Positions 1 to 7,614 of a stretch of 42,107 bases of DNA are shown one piece after another. The stretch's first letter is position 1. Each line of letters starts with the position of its first letter. Both the position numbers and the translations under genes were made by a program. Location of the stretch: contig JBEVNX010000174.1 in NCBI GenBank assembly GCA_040507895.1, positions 1-42,107 on the forward strand. Reading direction: 5' to 3'. Under the pieces are notes generated by a model. The model made no database searches. It saw nothing but the letters and a program-made list of their open reading frames with translations, and had not been told where the DNA came from. The stretch comes from Candidatus Binatia bacterium (GTDB taxonomy: Bacteria > Desulfobacterota > Binatia > JACPRU01).

Positions 1-2
1 AG

Positions 3-1994
3 CACGCGGGCGCTTCGGAGCAAGCGCGCGCGCTCGAGCGCGAGATCGCCGCGCTCCGCACCGATCTCGAGCGAGCGCAGTCTCAAGGCAGCGAGCTGAC
101 GGCCGACCTAGCGCGCAGCGCGCAGCGCGAGGAGAATCTACGCGCGGAGGTCGCCGAGGTACGCCGCGCGCGCGAGCAAGCCGAGCGCCAGCGCGTCGCA
201 GAGGAGCTCGCGCGCCAGGAGCTCCAGGCCCGCCAGCAGCAGCTCGAACAGGCGCTGCAGGGAGCCAGCGCAGATCTGGAACAAAAGGCGCGCCAGGTCG
301 ATTTCGGTGCCGTACTGCGAGCCACGCTCGCCAAATCGGAGGCCGCGAGGCGAACCGCCGAGGAAGCGGTGAGCCGGCTCGAAGCCGCGCTCGAGGGCGA
401 GCGGGAAGCGGTGGCGAGCGCGCGCGGTGAAGCCGAGCACGAGCGCGAGGCCGCGCGTGATCTCGCGCATCGCGTCGAGGAGATCGAGCGCAAGATCACT
501 GAGTCCGAAGAGGCCGCGGCGGCGGCGCGGGAGCGTGCCGAGCTGCTGGCCGCCGAGGGCGCGGCGGCGCAGGAGACCACCCAGGCTCTCGCCGCCGATC
601 TCGGGCGGCGCACCGCCGAGGCAAACGAGCTCTCGGCCCGGCTCGAAGCGCTACAGCGTGAAATCGCCGGGAGCGAGTCGACGATCGCGCAGTCGCTGGT
701 GCGTGCGCAGTCGTTGGAAGCCGGAGCCCGCGCGGCCACCGAGGAGATCGAGGCGCTGAGGCGCCAGACTGCGGCCACGCAGAACGAGAAGGATCGGCAG
801 ATTCACGAGCTCGAGGTGCGGGTCGCGGAATCGACCGCGCGGGGCGAGAGGCTGGCGGCCGAGTTCAAAGCGGCAGAGGAGGAGCGCGAGCGGCTTCGCG
901 AAGCGGTGGAGGCGCTCGAGAGCCAGCGCCGACAGGCGACCGAGGAGATCCAGGAGGCCGCGGCGAAGACCGTCGAGCTGGAAGCCGCCGCGCGCCGCGC
1001 GCAGGGAGAGACCGAGCGAGTCGCGGAGGAGCTGGGGAACGCCCAGCGGCGTTCCGCTGCGCTGGAGATCGACCTGCAGGGGCTGGAGGCCGAGAGCGAG
1101 AGGTGGCGGGTGCTCGCGGAGAAGCTGCAGAGCACGATCGACGAGCGCGATCTGGAGGTGCAGGCGCTGAAAACCGGCCCGCGGCTCGTGGCGCCGGAAA
1201 AGGTCGCGGCCCCGAGGCCGACCGCCGTCAGGCCGGCTCCGGTGGCCAAGGTGGCCGCGCAGCAGGCTCGCGAGCGAGTCATCACCAGCCGCAAGATCAT
1301 CGTGCTCGACGAGCCGGGTCCATCACTGAACGCTTTCTCGCAAGCCTGTGGCTTGGGGGGATTCCAGGCACACGGGTTGGAGAACGGTACCGGCCTCAGC
1401 GACCCACCGGGATACACTGCCGTCAACCTACTGGCTGCGAAGGTCGGTGGTCTCGAAGGGCTGCTGCGTAGCCGGACGGAGGAGGCGCTCGCCGGGTCGG
1501 CCTTGTTGCTCTATGCCACCAAGCCGGGAAGCGCCAAGGGTGTCGTCTTTCCGACCGTGGAATGCCTGATCCGGCCTTTCGAGGAGCCCACTTTCGTCAG
1601 CGCGCTTTCGGGGCTGCTCGGAAACGGCAAGCGGGTGACGATCATCGGCGAGGAGCTCGACAGCGTTCTGAAGCTCAATGCGTGGGCGACGGCCAAGGGC
1701 TGCTCGGTATCCAGCGCCGGGGACCTCAAGCAAGGCAACGAGATCCTCGACATCGTCAAGCCGGATCTCATCGTCTTCGATTTCTCGCGTCTCGGCGGCG
1801 AAGGAGCCGGGCTGTTCGTCAAGGCGCGCCGATCTGCGCGCCTCGAGTCGTTGCCGCTGCTGTTGGTGCTGCCCGCGGGCGCGCAAAGCGCGAGCGCGGG
1901 AATCTTCCTGAAGCGATTGGCCGCGTTGGCCGACGAGACGCCGCTCGATTTCGCGCCGATGACGCGGCGGCTGGCCCCCGCGGACGCCGCGTAG
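3..1994 (+). CDS. Coiled-coil protein with C-terminal tandem receiver-like domains; 5' end outside the window
   Basis: Frame 3 is open from nt 3, with no stop before the track ORF start at 369, so the CDS enters from upstream. Up to about nt 1175 the translation is Ala/Glu/Arg/Leu-rich and heptad-like (LEREIAALRTDLERAQ, EELARQELQARQQQLEQ). A Pro/Ala linker follows (PRLVAPEKVAAPRPTAVRPAPVAK). Two roughly 100-aa alpha/beta-like units then begin at KIIVLDEPG and KRVTIIGEEL; the second has PDLIVFDFS, like a receiver phospho-acceptor strand. Stop is TAG 1992-1994. Confidence 0.75.
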   Translation, partial: HAGASEQARALEREIAALRTDLERAQSQGSELTADLARSAQREENLRAEVAEVRRAREQAERQRVAEELARQELQARQQQLEQALQGASADLEQKARQVDFGAVLRATLAKSEAARRTAEEAVSRLEAALEGEREAVASARGEAEHEREAARDLAHRVEEIERKITESEEAAAAARERAELLAAEGAAAQETTQALAADLGRRTAEANELSARLEALQREIAGSESTIAQSLVRAQSLEAGARAATEEIEALRRQTAATQNEKDRQIHELEVRVAESTARGERLAAEFKAAEEERERLREAVEALESQRRQATEEIQEAAAKTVELEAAARRAQGETERVAEELGNAQRRSAALEIDLQGLEAESERWRVLAEKLQSTIDERDLEVQALKTGPRLVAPEKVAAPRPTAVRPAPVAKVAAQQARERVITSRKIIVLDEPGPSLNAFSQACGLGGFQAHGLENGTGLSDPPGYTAVNLLAAKVGGLEGLLRSRTEEALAGSALLLYATKPGSAKGVVFPTVECLIRPFEEPTFVSALSGLLGNGKRVTIIGEELDSVLKLNAWATAKGCSVSSAGDLKQGNEILDIVKPDLIVFDFSRLGGEGAGLFVKARRSARLESLPLLLVLPAGAQSASAGIFLKRLAALADETPLDFAPMTRRLAPADAA

Positions 1995-2029
1995 ACCACC
2001 GTCTAGGGACCCCACGCCGGCATCGCAAA

Positions 2030-2058
2030 TTGACAGCCTGCGGGCCGGCTAGCATAAG
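2030..2058 (+). promoter_or_regulatory. sigma70-like promoter candidate upstream of the MaoC-like gene
   Basis: TTGACA (2030-2035), 17-nt spacer, CATAAG (2053-2058), ending 26 nt before ATG 2085. Motif match only. Confidence 0.35.
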
Positions 2059-2084
2059 GCTCGGATCCGCACGACCTCGAGCCG

Positions 2085-3143
2085 ATGGCGATCATCCGCA
2101 AGAAGACCGGCCACTTCCTCGAAGACTTCCGCGTAGGCCAAGTTTTTCGCCACAAGCGCGGCAAGACGATCACGGCCGGCCTGTTCCACGCGTTCAGCGA
2201 GTTCACGATGACGACCAACCCGCTGTCGAAAAACGCGCGCTACGCTCGCGCCTACGGCTTCCGCGATCTCGTGGTGCCGCCGGGGCTGGTGATGAACGTC
2301 GCCTTCAGCCAGACGGTCGAGGACGTGTCCGAGAACGCGCGCGCGAACCTCGAGTACATCGGCATGCGCTTCGGCGCACCCGTCGTGATCGGCGACACCA
2401 TCGAAGTCGAGACGACGGTGCTCGGCGTGAAGCCGTCCTCTCGTGATCCGGACCGCGGAGTCGTTCATGTCCGCTCGACGGCGAGAAACCAAGATGCCGC
2501 CGTAGTGATCACGTTCGAGCGAAAGGTTCAGGTCTGGAAAAGCGACCCTTCGGCGACGGTCCCGGATGCCGAGATCCCGTCACCCGAGGTCGAGTGCGTG
2601 CTGTCGCTGCCGCCTTATGATCCCGCTCGCGGATACTCCGCGCTCGCTCATCTGTCCGCGCCGGACGGCTATTTCGAGGATCTCAGCCCCGGCGACACCA
2701 TCGAGCACTCCCGCGGCCGCACCATCACCAGCGAGCACATCGGGTTGACGGCGCAGCTCGACAACACGTCACAAGTGCACAGTAACCAGTTCCTGATCGA
2801 CCAGAACCCCGCCCGGTACATCGGCGGACAGCTCATCGTCTATGGTGGAATTCCGTTCAACGTGTTCCTCGGGTTGGCGTCTCCCGACGTGGGCGAGAAT
2901 TCTTTGGGCGACGTGGAGTATAAGACCGGCCGCCACAGCGGGCCGGTATTCGCCGGCGACACGCTCTTCGCGTCGACGGAGATCCGCGCGAAACGGGACT
3001 TCCCCGGGCGAGCCGATCTGGGAATCGTCGACACGATTCTGCGCGGCTGGAAGCCCGTGAAGAAGGGCGATGCGTGGGAGCGGACGGAAGTCTTCAGCCT
3101 CGAGCGCTCGATCGCGCTCAAGCGACGGGCCTACTACACGTAG
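2085..3143 (+). CDS. MaoC-family double hotdog-fold acyl-CoA hydratase/dehydratase (mesaconyl-/itaconyl-CoA hydratase-like)
   Basis: 352 aa. N-terminal half has FLEDFRVGQVFRH..GKTITAG..FSEFTMTTNPL and GDTIEVETTVLGVK..GVVHVRSTARNQD, typical of MaoC-type (R)-hydratases. A second hotdog-like half follows (GDTIEHSRGRTITSEH.., GDTLFASTEIRAK). Substrate is not determinable from sequence alone. Confidence 0.8.
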   Translation: MAIIRKKTGHFLEDFRVGQVFRHKRGKTITAGLFHAFSEFTMTTNPLSKNARYARAYGFRDLVVPPGLVMNVAFSQTVEDVSENARANLEYIGMRFGAPVVIGDTIEVETTVLGVKPSSRDPDRGVVHVRSTARNQDAAVVITFERKVQVWKSDPSATVPDAEIPSPEVECVLSLPPYDPARGYSALAHLSAPDGYFEDLSPGDTIEHSRGRTITSEHIGLTAQLDNTSQVHSNQFLIDQNPARYIGGQLIVYGGIPFNVFLGLASPDVGENSLGDVEYKTGRHSGPVFAGDTLFASTEIRAKRDFPGRADLGIVDTILRGWKPVKKGDAWERTEVFSLERSIALKRRAYYT

Positions 3144-3159
3144 CCAACGACGCCGCGCA

Positions 3160-3729
3160 TCACTCCGACGCCTTCTCCCATCCCTCTTGGTCGTCCTCGT
3201 CGTCCCAGTCGTCCTCGTCGTGGGCGCCCTTCGCCGTTGCGTCTTCTGCGCCGGCCGGAGTCGGCGTCGGGCGCTCCCCGTGGAGCGCCCGCTCCGCCCC
3301 CTCGAGGGTGGGACAGCTCGCGCAATCGAGTCGCTTTCTCCACCAGTCCGGCGGCGCGCCGTAGTGCTCGGTGATCTCGGCGTCCAGCGCATTGAATTCG
3401 TTCCACAAGCCGACGATCGTCTTCAGCTGCTCGCGCTCGCGACGGCGCAGCCTGCGCAACGCGTCCGCCTTTTCCTGATCGAACTGGCTCATGGCGAGCA
3501 GCGCATCGCGCTGGGCGTCGAGCGAGGCTTTCGCCTGCCGCGAGTTTCCCGTCGCGCTCGGCACCCAAGCGCTGAAGGCCGACGTTTCCCGAGCCTTGAG
3601 GTCGGCCCGGGTTTCGTCGAGCGCGTGCGCCGCGCTCTTGAGCCTGGTTTCGATCTCCCGCCTCCGCAAGCTGGCACGCACGGAGAAGGCTTCCTCTGGA
3701 CTGAGGTCTCGGCCCTGTAGCACCGGCAC
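3160..3729 (-). CDS. Hypothetical coiled-coil protein with acidic C-terminal tail; probable DUF4124-like N-terminus upstream of the mapped start
   Basis: The track ORF starts at GTG 3729. The C-terminus is DEDDWDDEDDQEGWE. The same frame stays open upstream to an in-frame TAA (3889-3891). There it encodes AAAALLFVLGSTS..DEIRKWRDAQGNLHYS, a hydrophobic signal-like segment plus the W-x-D-x-x-G-x-x-H-Y-S signature I associate with DUF4124. No ATG/GTG/TTG lies in 3730-3888, so the true start is unresolved. Confidence 0.55.
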   Translation of the reverse strand: MPVLQGRDLSPEEAFSVRASLRRREIETRLKSAAHALDETRADLKARETSAFSAWVPSATGNSRQAKASLDAQRDALLAMSQFDQEKADALRRLRRREREQLKTIVGLWNEFNALDAEITEHYGAPPDWWRKRLDCASCPTLEGAERALHGERPTPTPAGAEDATAKGAHDEDDWDDEDDQEGWEKASE

Positions 3730-3883
3730 ATCCTCGTCTTCGGCCGCCCCTGCCCCGGAGCCGGTGATGCTGTAGTGCAGGTTGCCTTGCGCGTCACGCC
3801 ATTTGCGAATCTCGTCGGCAGCCCCGCGGCTCGTCGAGCCGAGAACGAACAGCAGCGCCGCGGCGGCGCCGCGAGCGGTCGTG

Positions 3884-3912
3884 TTGAATTAGCGGGATCG
3901 AGACACTATTCT
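3884..3912 (+). promoter_or_regulatory. sigma70-like promoter candidate for the dodecin-led gene cluster
   Basis: TTGAAT (3884-3889), 17-nt spacer, TATTCT (3907-3912). SD AAGGAGAGG lies at 3941-3949 before ATG 3956. Confidence 0.35.
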
Positions 3913-3955
3913 CGCGCTTCGTCGCTCACGGCGCGCGCCCAAGGAGAGGAACGTC

Positions 3956-4168
3956 ATGGTGGAGAAAACCATCGATCTCGCCGGGACTTCGTCGGTCGGC
4001 ATCGAAGATGCGGTGAGCCTGGCCATCAAGCGGGCGGCCCTGACCGTCAAGAACATCCGTCAAGCGAAGCTCGTCGACGCGGTGGCCCTCGTCGAAAACG
4101 ATTCCGTGATCCGCTGGCGCGTGCGCGTGGAGGTGACGTTCACGATCCAAGACACACTCCACGAGTAG
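3956..4168 (+). CDS. Dodecin-family small protein (putative flavin/cofactor-binding dodecamer)
   Basis: 70 aa with a strong SD. The pattern KTIDLAGTSSVGIEDAVSLAIKRAALTVKN..LVD....RWRVRVEVTFTI follows the dodecin layout: G-T-S, helix, then two beta strands ending V-x-V-x-F. Confidence 0.8.
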   Translation: MVEKTIDLAGTSSVGIEDAVSLAIKRAALTVKNIRQAKLVDAVALVENDSVIRWRVRVEVTFTIQDTLHE

Positions 4169-4171
4169 TCG

Positions 4172-5194
4172 ATGGCCGAGCCCACCGAAGTCAAGACCAG
4201 GGAGGTGCTGCCCGGCTTCCATCTCGTCTACCTGCCGTTGCCGATGAGGCCGACGATAGTCAACGTTTATTTGGTGAACGGTGGATCGGAATGGGCGTTG
4301 ATCGACACGGGGATGAGCACGCCGGACAGCATGGACGCGTTTCGCGCCGCTCTCGAGGCGGTCGGCTGTCTTCCGCAGGCGATCAAAAAGATCATCTGCA
4401 CGCACCACCATCCGGACCACTTCGGCACCTCGCGGGCGTATCGCGAGCTGTGTCACGCCGAGGTGTTCCTTCACCCGCTCGAGGCGGCGCAGGTGTCAGG
4501 CTTTCTGCCGCAGCCCCGCACCCCGGAGATGAACCGCTTCCTCACGCGCAACGGCATCCCCAGCGAGCTCTTCGTGAACCTGCCGAGCCGCGGGGAATTC
4601 TGGAAAGGGATGTACGAGCCGGCCGCGCCGGATCATGCGATCGCCGATCGGATGAAGATCGCCGTCGGCGAGCGCGAGCTCGAAGCGGTGTGGACGCCCG
4701 GCCACTCGCCAGGGCATTGCGTGATGTACTTTCGCAAGGAGAAGGCCGCGATCGTCGGCGACCATCTGCTGCCGAAGATCACGCCGCACGTCGGTATCAC
4801 CACCGACAACGGCGGCGATCCGCTGGGAGACTTCCTCTCTTCGCTGCGCAAGGTCGGCGAGCTCGACGTCGAGACCGTGCTCCCCGCCCATGGAGCCGTG
4901 TATGCCGACCACCGCAAGCGCGTGGCGCAGCTGATCGAGTTCCACGAGTATCGTCTGGAAGTGATGCTGGACGTCGTGCGCGCCCGGCCCCGCACCGCCT
5001 ACGACGTTGCCCTCGAGGCGTTCGACTTGACGCGGCAGAGCCCGCTGCAGCAGCTGTTCCCGGCGACCTTCGAGACGCTGGCCCACCTCGAGCACATGCG
5101 CCTCCAAGGCCGTACCGAGCGAATCGACCGCGACGATGCCGTGCTGTGGCGGGCGAGATCCAGCAACCGACGGAGCGCCCATGAGACGTCCTAA
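4172..5194 (+). CDS. MBL-fold metallo-hydrolase (LACTB2/glyoxalase-II-like) with helical C-terminal domain
   Basis: 340 aa. HxHxDH zinc motif appears as CTHHHPDHFG, followed by TPGHSPGH and LPAHG. The C-terminal ~90 aa (LIEFHEYRLEVMLDVV..TLAHLEHM) resemble the winged-helix tail of this subgroup. The ATG lies 3 nt after the dodecin stop. Confidence 0.85.
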   Translation: MAEPTEVKTREVLPGFHLVYLPLPMRPTIVNVYLVNGGSEWALIDTGMSTPDSMDAFRAALEAVGCLPQAIKKIICTHHHPDHFGTSRAYRELCHAEVFLHPLEAAQVSGFLPQPRTPEMNRFLTRNGIPSELFVNLPSRGEFWKGMYEPAAPDHAIADRMKIAVGERELEAVWTPGHSPGHCVMYFRKEKAAIVGDHLLPKITPHVGITTDNGGDPLGDFLSSLRKVGELDVETVLPAHGAVYADHRKRVAQLIEFHEYRLEVMLDVVRARPRTAYDVALEAFDLTRQSPLQQLFPATFETLAHLEHMRLQGRTERIDRDDAVLWRARSSNRRSAHETS

Positions 5195-5399
5195 GTACCG
5201 ATTGCTGTTCGAGTGGGCTTCGTTCGAGCAAGCGCTGCGGGCGGCGGCGGCTCGTCGTCAATGGACGGAAGAGCAAATCAGCGCGGCCCTGCAGCGCGAC
5301 CGCATCTGTACCGTCGACGTCGACGACATCGAGGTTCATCTCGACTGGCACGAGCGGCTCGGCTTCGTCGCGCCGAAGTTTGGAGTCTCGGAGGGGTGA
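5181..5399 (+). CDS. Small hypothetical protein (72 aa)
   Basis: ATG 5181 overlaps the MBL gene end by 14 nt. Third-position G+C is moderately high and the translation is not low-complexity (MRRPKYRLLFEWASFEQALR..DVDDIEVHLDWHERLGF). No family recognised. Confidence 0.35.
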   Translation: MRRPKYRLLFEWASFEQALRAAAARRQWTEEQISAALQRDRICTVDVDDIEVHLDWHERLGFVAPKFGVSEG

Positions 5400-5406
5400 G
5401 ACTACA

Positions 5407-6180
5407 ATGGGCGACGTGGACGCATTGACTCTCGAGAGCGTTCCCGAGCTCTCCAGCCCCCGCACCTTGCTGATCGCGTTCTCGGGATGGAGCGACGCCG
5501 GATCGGCGGCGACTAACGCGGTCCAGTACGTGGCTGCGCAGCTGTCGGCGCAGAGGTTCGCGACCATCGACGGCGAGGAGTTCTTCGACTTCACCGTGCA
5601 GCGCCCTCTGGTCAGGGTCGACGAGCAGCAGATCCGGCAGCTCGATTGGCCCGGCTGGCAGTTCTCGGCAGCGCGAAACCTGGTGTTCGCGACCGGCCCG
5701 GAGCCCCACCTCAAGTGGCGCACGTTCTGCAACCACGTCGTACGCCTCATCGAGCAGGTGCAAATCGAGCGAGTCGGCTTGCTCGGCGCCTTCCTCGCCG
5801 AGGTCATGTACAGCGATCCGGTTCCGCTCACGGGCTTCGCCACCGACCCGTCGGTTCTCGAGCGCCTGCGGATATCGCCGACGGCCTACCAGGGTCCGAC
5901 CGGAATCGTCGGCGCGCTCGCCGACGCGGTCCGCCGCCGATCCCTGCCGCTGTTCAGCCTGTGGGCGGCGATCCCCCACTACATCGCGGGGACGCCGAAC
6001 CCGCGAGGCGCGCTCGCGCTCCTCCTCAAGCTCCGGGAATGGATCGATCTGCCGATCGACATGGCCCCGCTCGAGTCCGCGGCTGCGACCTTTCAGTCCC
6101 AGCTCTTGGAGGCGGTCGAGGGCAATGCCGAGCTGTCGAAATACATCCGCAACCTCAAGAAGGGCGAGACGTCGCACTGA
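5407..6180 (+). CDS. PAC2-family protein (proteasome assembly chaperone 2-like fold)
   Basis: 257 aa from ATG 5407, with a GGAGGGG SD about 10 nt upstream. LLIAFSGWSDAGSAAT, TGPEPHLKWRTF, YQGPTGIVGAL and AAIPHY match my recollection of PAC2 (PF09754) proteins. Confidence 0.7.
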   Translation: MGDVDALTLESVPELSSPRTLLIAFSGWSDAGSAATNAVQYVAAQLSAQRFATIDGEEFFDFTVQRPLVRVDEQQIRQLDWPGWQFSAARNLVFATGPEPHLKWRTFCNHVVRLIEQVQIERVGLLGAFLAEVMYSDPVPLTGFATDPSVLERLRISPTAYQGPTGIVGALADAVRRRSLPLFSLWAAIPHYIAGTPNPRGALALLLKLREWIDLPIDMAPLESAAATFQSQLLEAVEGNAELSKYIRNLKKGETSH

Positions 6181-6202
6181 GGCGGCCGTCCGACCCACTC
6201 CC

Positions 6203-6859
6203 GTGTCCGACAAATTCATCCGCATGACCCCCGAGCTTCACGCATACGTCGAGCGGCGAAGCGTGCGGCGCGATCCTGTGATGGAGCGGCTGGTCCAAGA
6301 AACGGCGGCGCTCGGCGAGATCGCCCAAATGCAGATCGCACCTGATCAAGGCGCGTTCCTCACGCTGCTGGTTCGGGCCATCGGAGCTCGCTCGGCGGTC
6401 GAGGTTGGAACTTTCACCGGCTACAGCGCGATCTCGATCGCCCGCGGCTTGCCGGAAGACGGCCGGCTGATCTGCTGCGACGTCAGCGAGGAATGGACCA
6501 CGATCGCGCGGCGCTACTTTCGCGAGGCCCGCGTGGACTCGAAGATCGACCTGCGCATCGGCCCCGCCCTCGAGACGCTCCGCGGCCTGCCGTCCGCCAC
6601 GCGCTTCGACTTCGCGTTCGTGGATGCAGACAAGACGTCCTACGCGGCTTACTACGAGGAGATCCTCGCGCGGCTGCGGCCCGGCGGCCTGCTCGGGATC
6701 GACAACGTGCTGTGGAGCGGCAAGGTCATCGATTCGACGGATCAGTCCGAATCCACTCGCGCGATCCGCTCGATCAACGATCACGTCGCCGCGGACGATC
6801 GGGTCGACGCCGTGATCTTGCCCATCGCGGACGGCCTGACACTCGTCCGCAAGCGCTGA
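6203..6859 (+). CDS. Class I SAM-dependent O-methyltransferase (caffeoyl-CoA OMT-like, Methyltransf_3)
   Basis: VEVGTFTGYSA (SAM motif I), CCDVSEEW, FDFAFVDADKTSY and IDNVLWSGKV (metal-binding D..D..N pattern). Start is either GTG 6203 or ATG 6224; neither has a clear SD. Confidence 0.85.
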   Translation: MSDKFIRMTPELHAYVERRSVRRDPVMERLVQETAALGEIAQMQIAPDQGAFLTLLVRAIGARSAVEVGTFTGYSAISIARGLPEDGRLICCDVSEEWTTIARRYFREARVDSKIDLRIGPALETLRGLPSATRFDFAFVDADKTSYAAYYEEILARLRPGGLLGIDNVLWSGKVIDSTDQSESTRAIRSINDHVAADDRVDAVILPIADGLTLVRKR

Positions 6860-6934
6860 CCCCGGTCGAAATTCGCTCGGGCGGCGCCGAGCGCCGCGGC
6901 GCCCGTCACGATCCAGTCGAGCACGAGCCGTCGT

Positions 6935-6951
6935 CGGCAGGCGATCTGCCG
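6935..6951 (-). terminator. Stem-loop downstream of folE (weak terminator candidate)
   Basis: CGGCAG-GCGAT-CTGCCG, a perfect 6-bp stem, lies 9 nt after the folE stop in the convergent spacer. No U-tract. Confidence 0.2.
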
Positions 6952-6959
6952 AGCAATCG

Positions 6960-7568
6960 TCAGCCCTTGCCGTCCTGCAAGAGCGTCATGAACTCCTGAC
7001 GAGTCGCCTGATGGGTGCGGAAGGTACCGAGCATCGCGCTCGTCACCACCAGCGAGTTCTGCTTCTCCACGCCGCGCATGCGCATGCACAGGTGCTCGGC
7101 CTTGAGGACGACTCCCACGCCCAGCGCGTCGAGCTCCTCCATGAGCGTGGTGGCGATCTGCGTCGTCATCCGCTCCTGCACCTGCAAGCGGCGCGCGAAA
7201 ACTTCTACCAGGCGTGCCATCTTCGAAAGGCCGAGAATGTGGTTCTTGGGAATGTAAGCGACCTGGGCTTTGCCGTAGAAAGGCAGCAGGTGGTGCTCAC
7301 AGAGCGAGAAGAAATCGATGTCGCGGCATAGGATCATCTCGGAATAGTCCTCGACGAACAACGCTCCGTTGATGACGGCTTTGGGATCCTGCCGGTAACC
7401 CCGGGTCAGATCCTCCATCGCCCGGGCAACCCGAGCCGGGGTCTTGGCCAAGCCTTCTCGGGTTGGGTCCTCCCCGATCAGCTCGAGGATCTCGCGAACG
7501 TGCGGCTCGATGGCGCGCAAGCCCGCTGGCCGCAGTATGCGCATTCCGCGCTTGCGAAGCGCTCTCAT
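6960..7568 (-). CDS. folE: GTP cyclohydrolase I (FolE type 1)
   Basis: 202 aa. [40 protein letters not shown] and the LQVQERMT motif are canonical for FolE. Confidence 0.92.
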   Translation of the reverse strand: MRALRKRGMRILRPAGLRAIEPHVREILELIGEDPTREGLAKTPARVARAMEDLTRGYRQDPKAVINGALFVEDYSEMILCRDIDFFSLCEHHLLPFYGKAQVAYIPKNHILGLSKMARLVEVFARRLQVQERMTTQIATTLMEELDALGVGVVLKAEHLCMRMRGVEKQNSLVVTSAMLGTFRTHQATRQEFMTLLQDGKG

Positions 7569-7582
7569 CGGCCGACCCTATA

Positions 7583-7598
7583 GCCCGGAAGCCCGGGC
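7583..7598 (-). terminator. Stem-loop between thrB and folE
   Basis: GCCCGG-AAGC-CCGGGC, a perfect 6-bp GC stem, lies in the 46-nt thrB-folE spacer. No U-tract, so function is unknown. Confidence 0.2.
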
Positions 7599-7614
7599 GA
7601 GTCAGCAGGAGGCC

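Noticed and set aside
3775-5184. 469-aa plus-strand ORF spanning the dodecin and MBL genes in another frame. The same applies to 22540..23832, 39255..40343, 4797..5843, 83..778, 10277..11218 and 31092..32318.
   Set aside because: All are Arg/Pro/Gly/Ala-rich. All are overlapped by frames with strong family signatures (dodecin/MBL, CusA, TrxB, PAC2, the coiled-coil protein, GlpD, FtsK). They are expected artefacts of high GC content.
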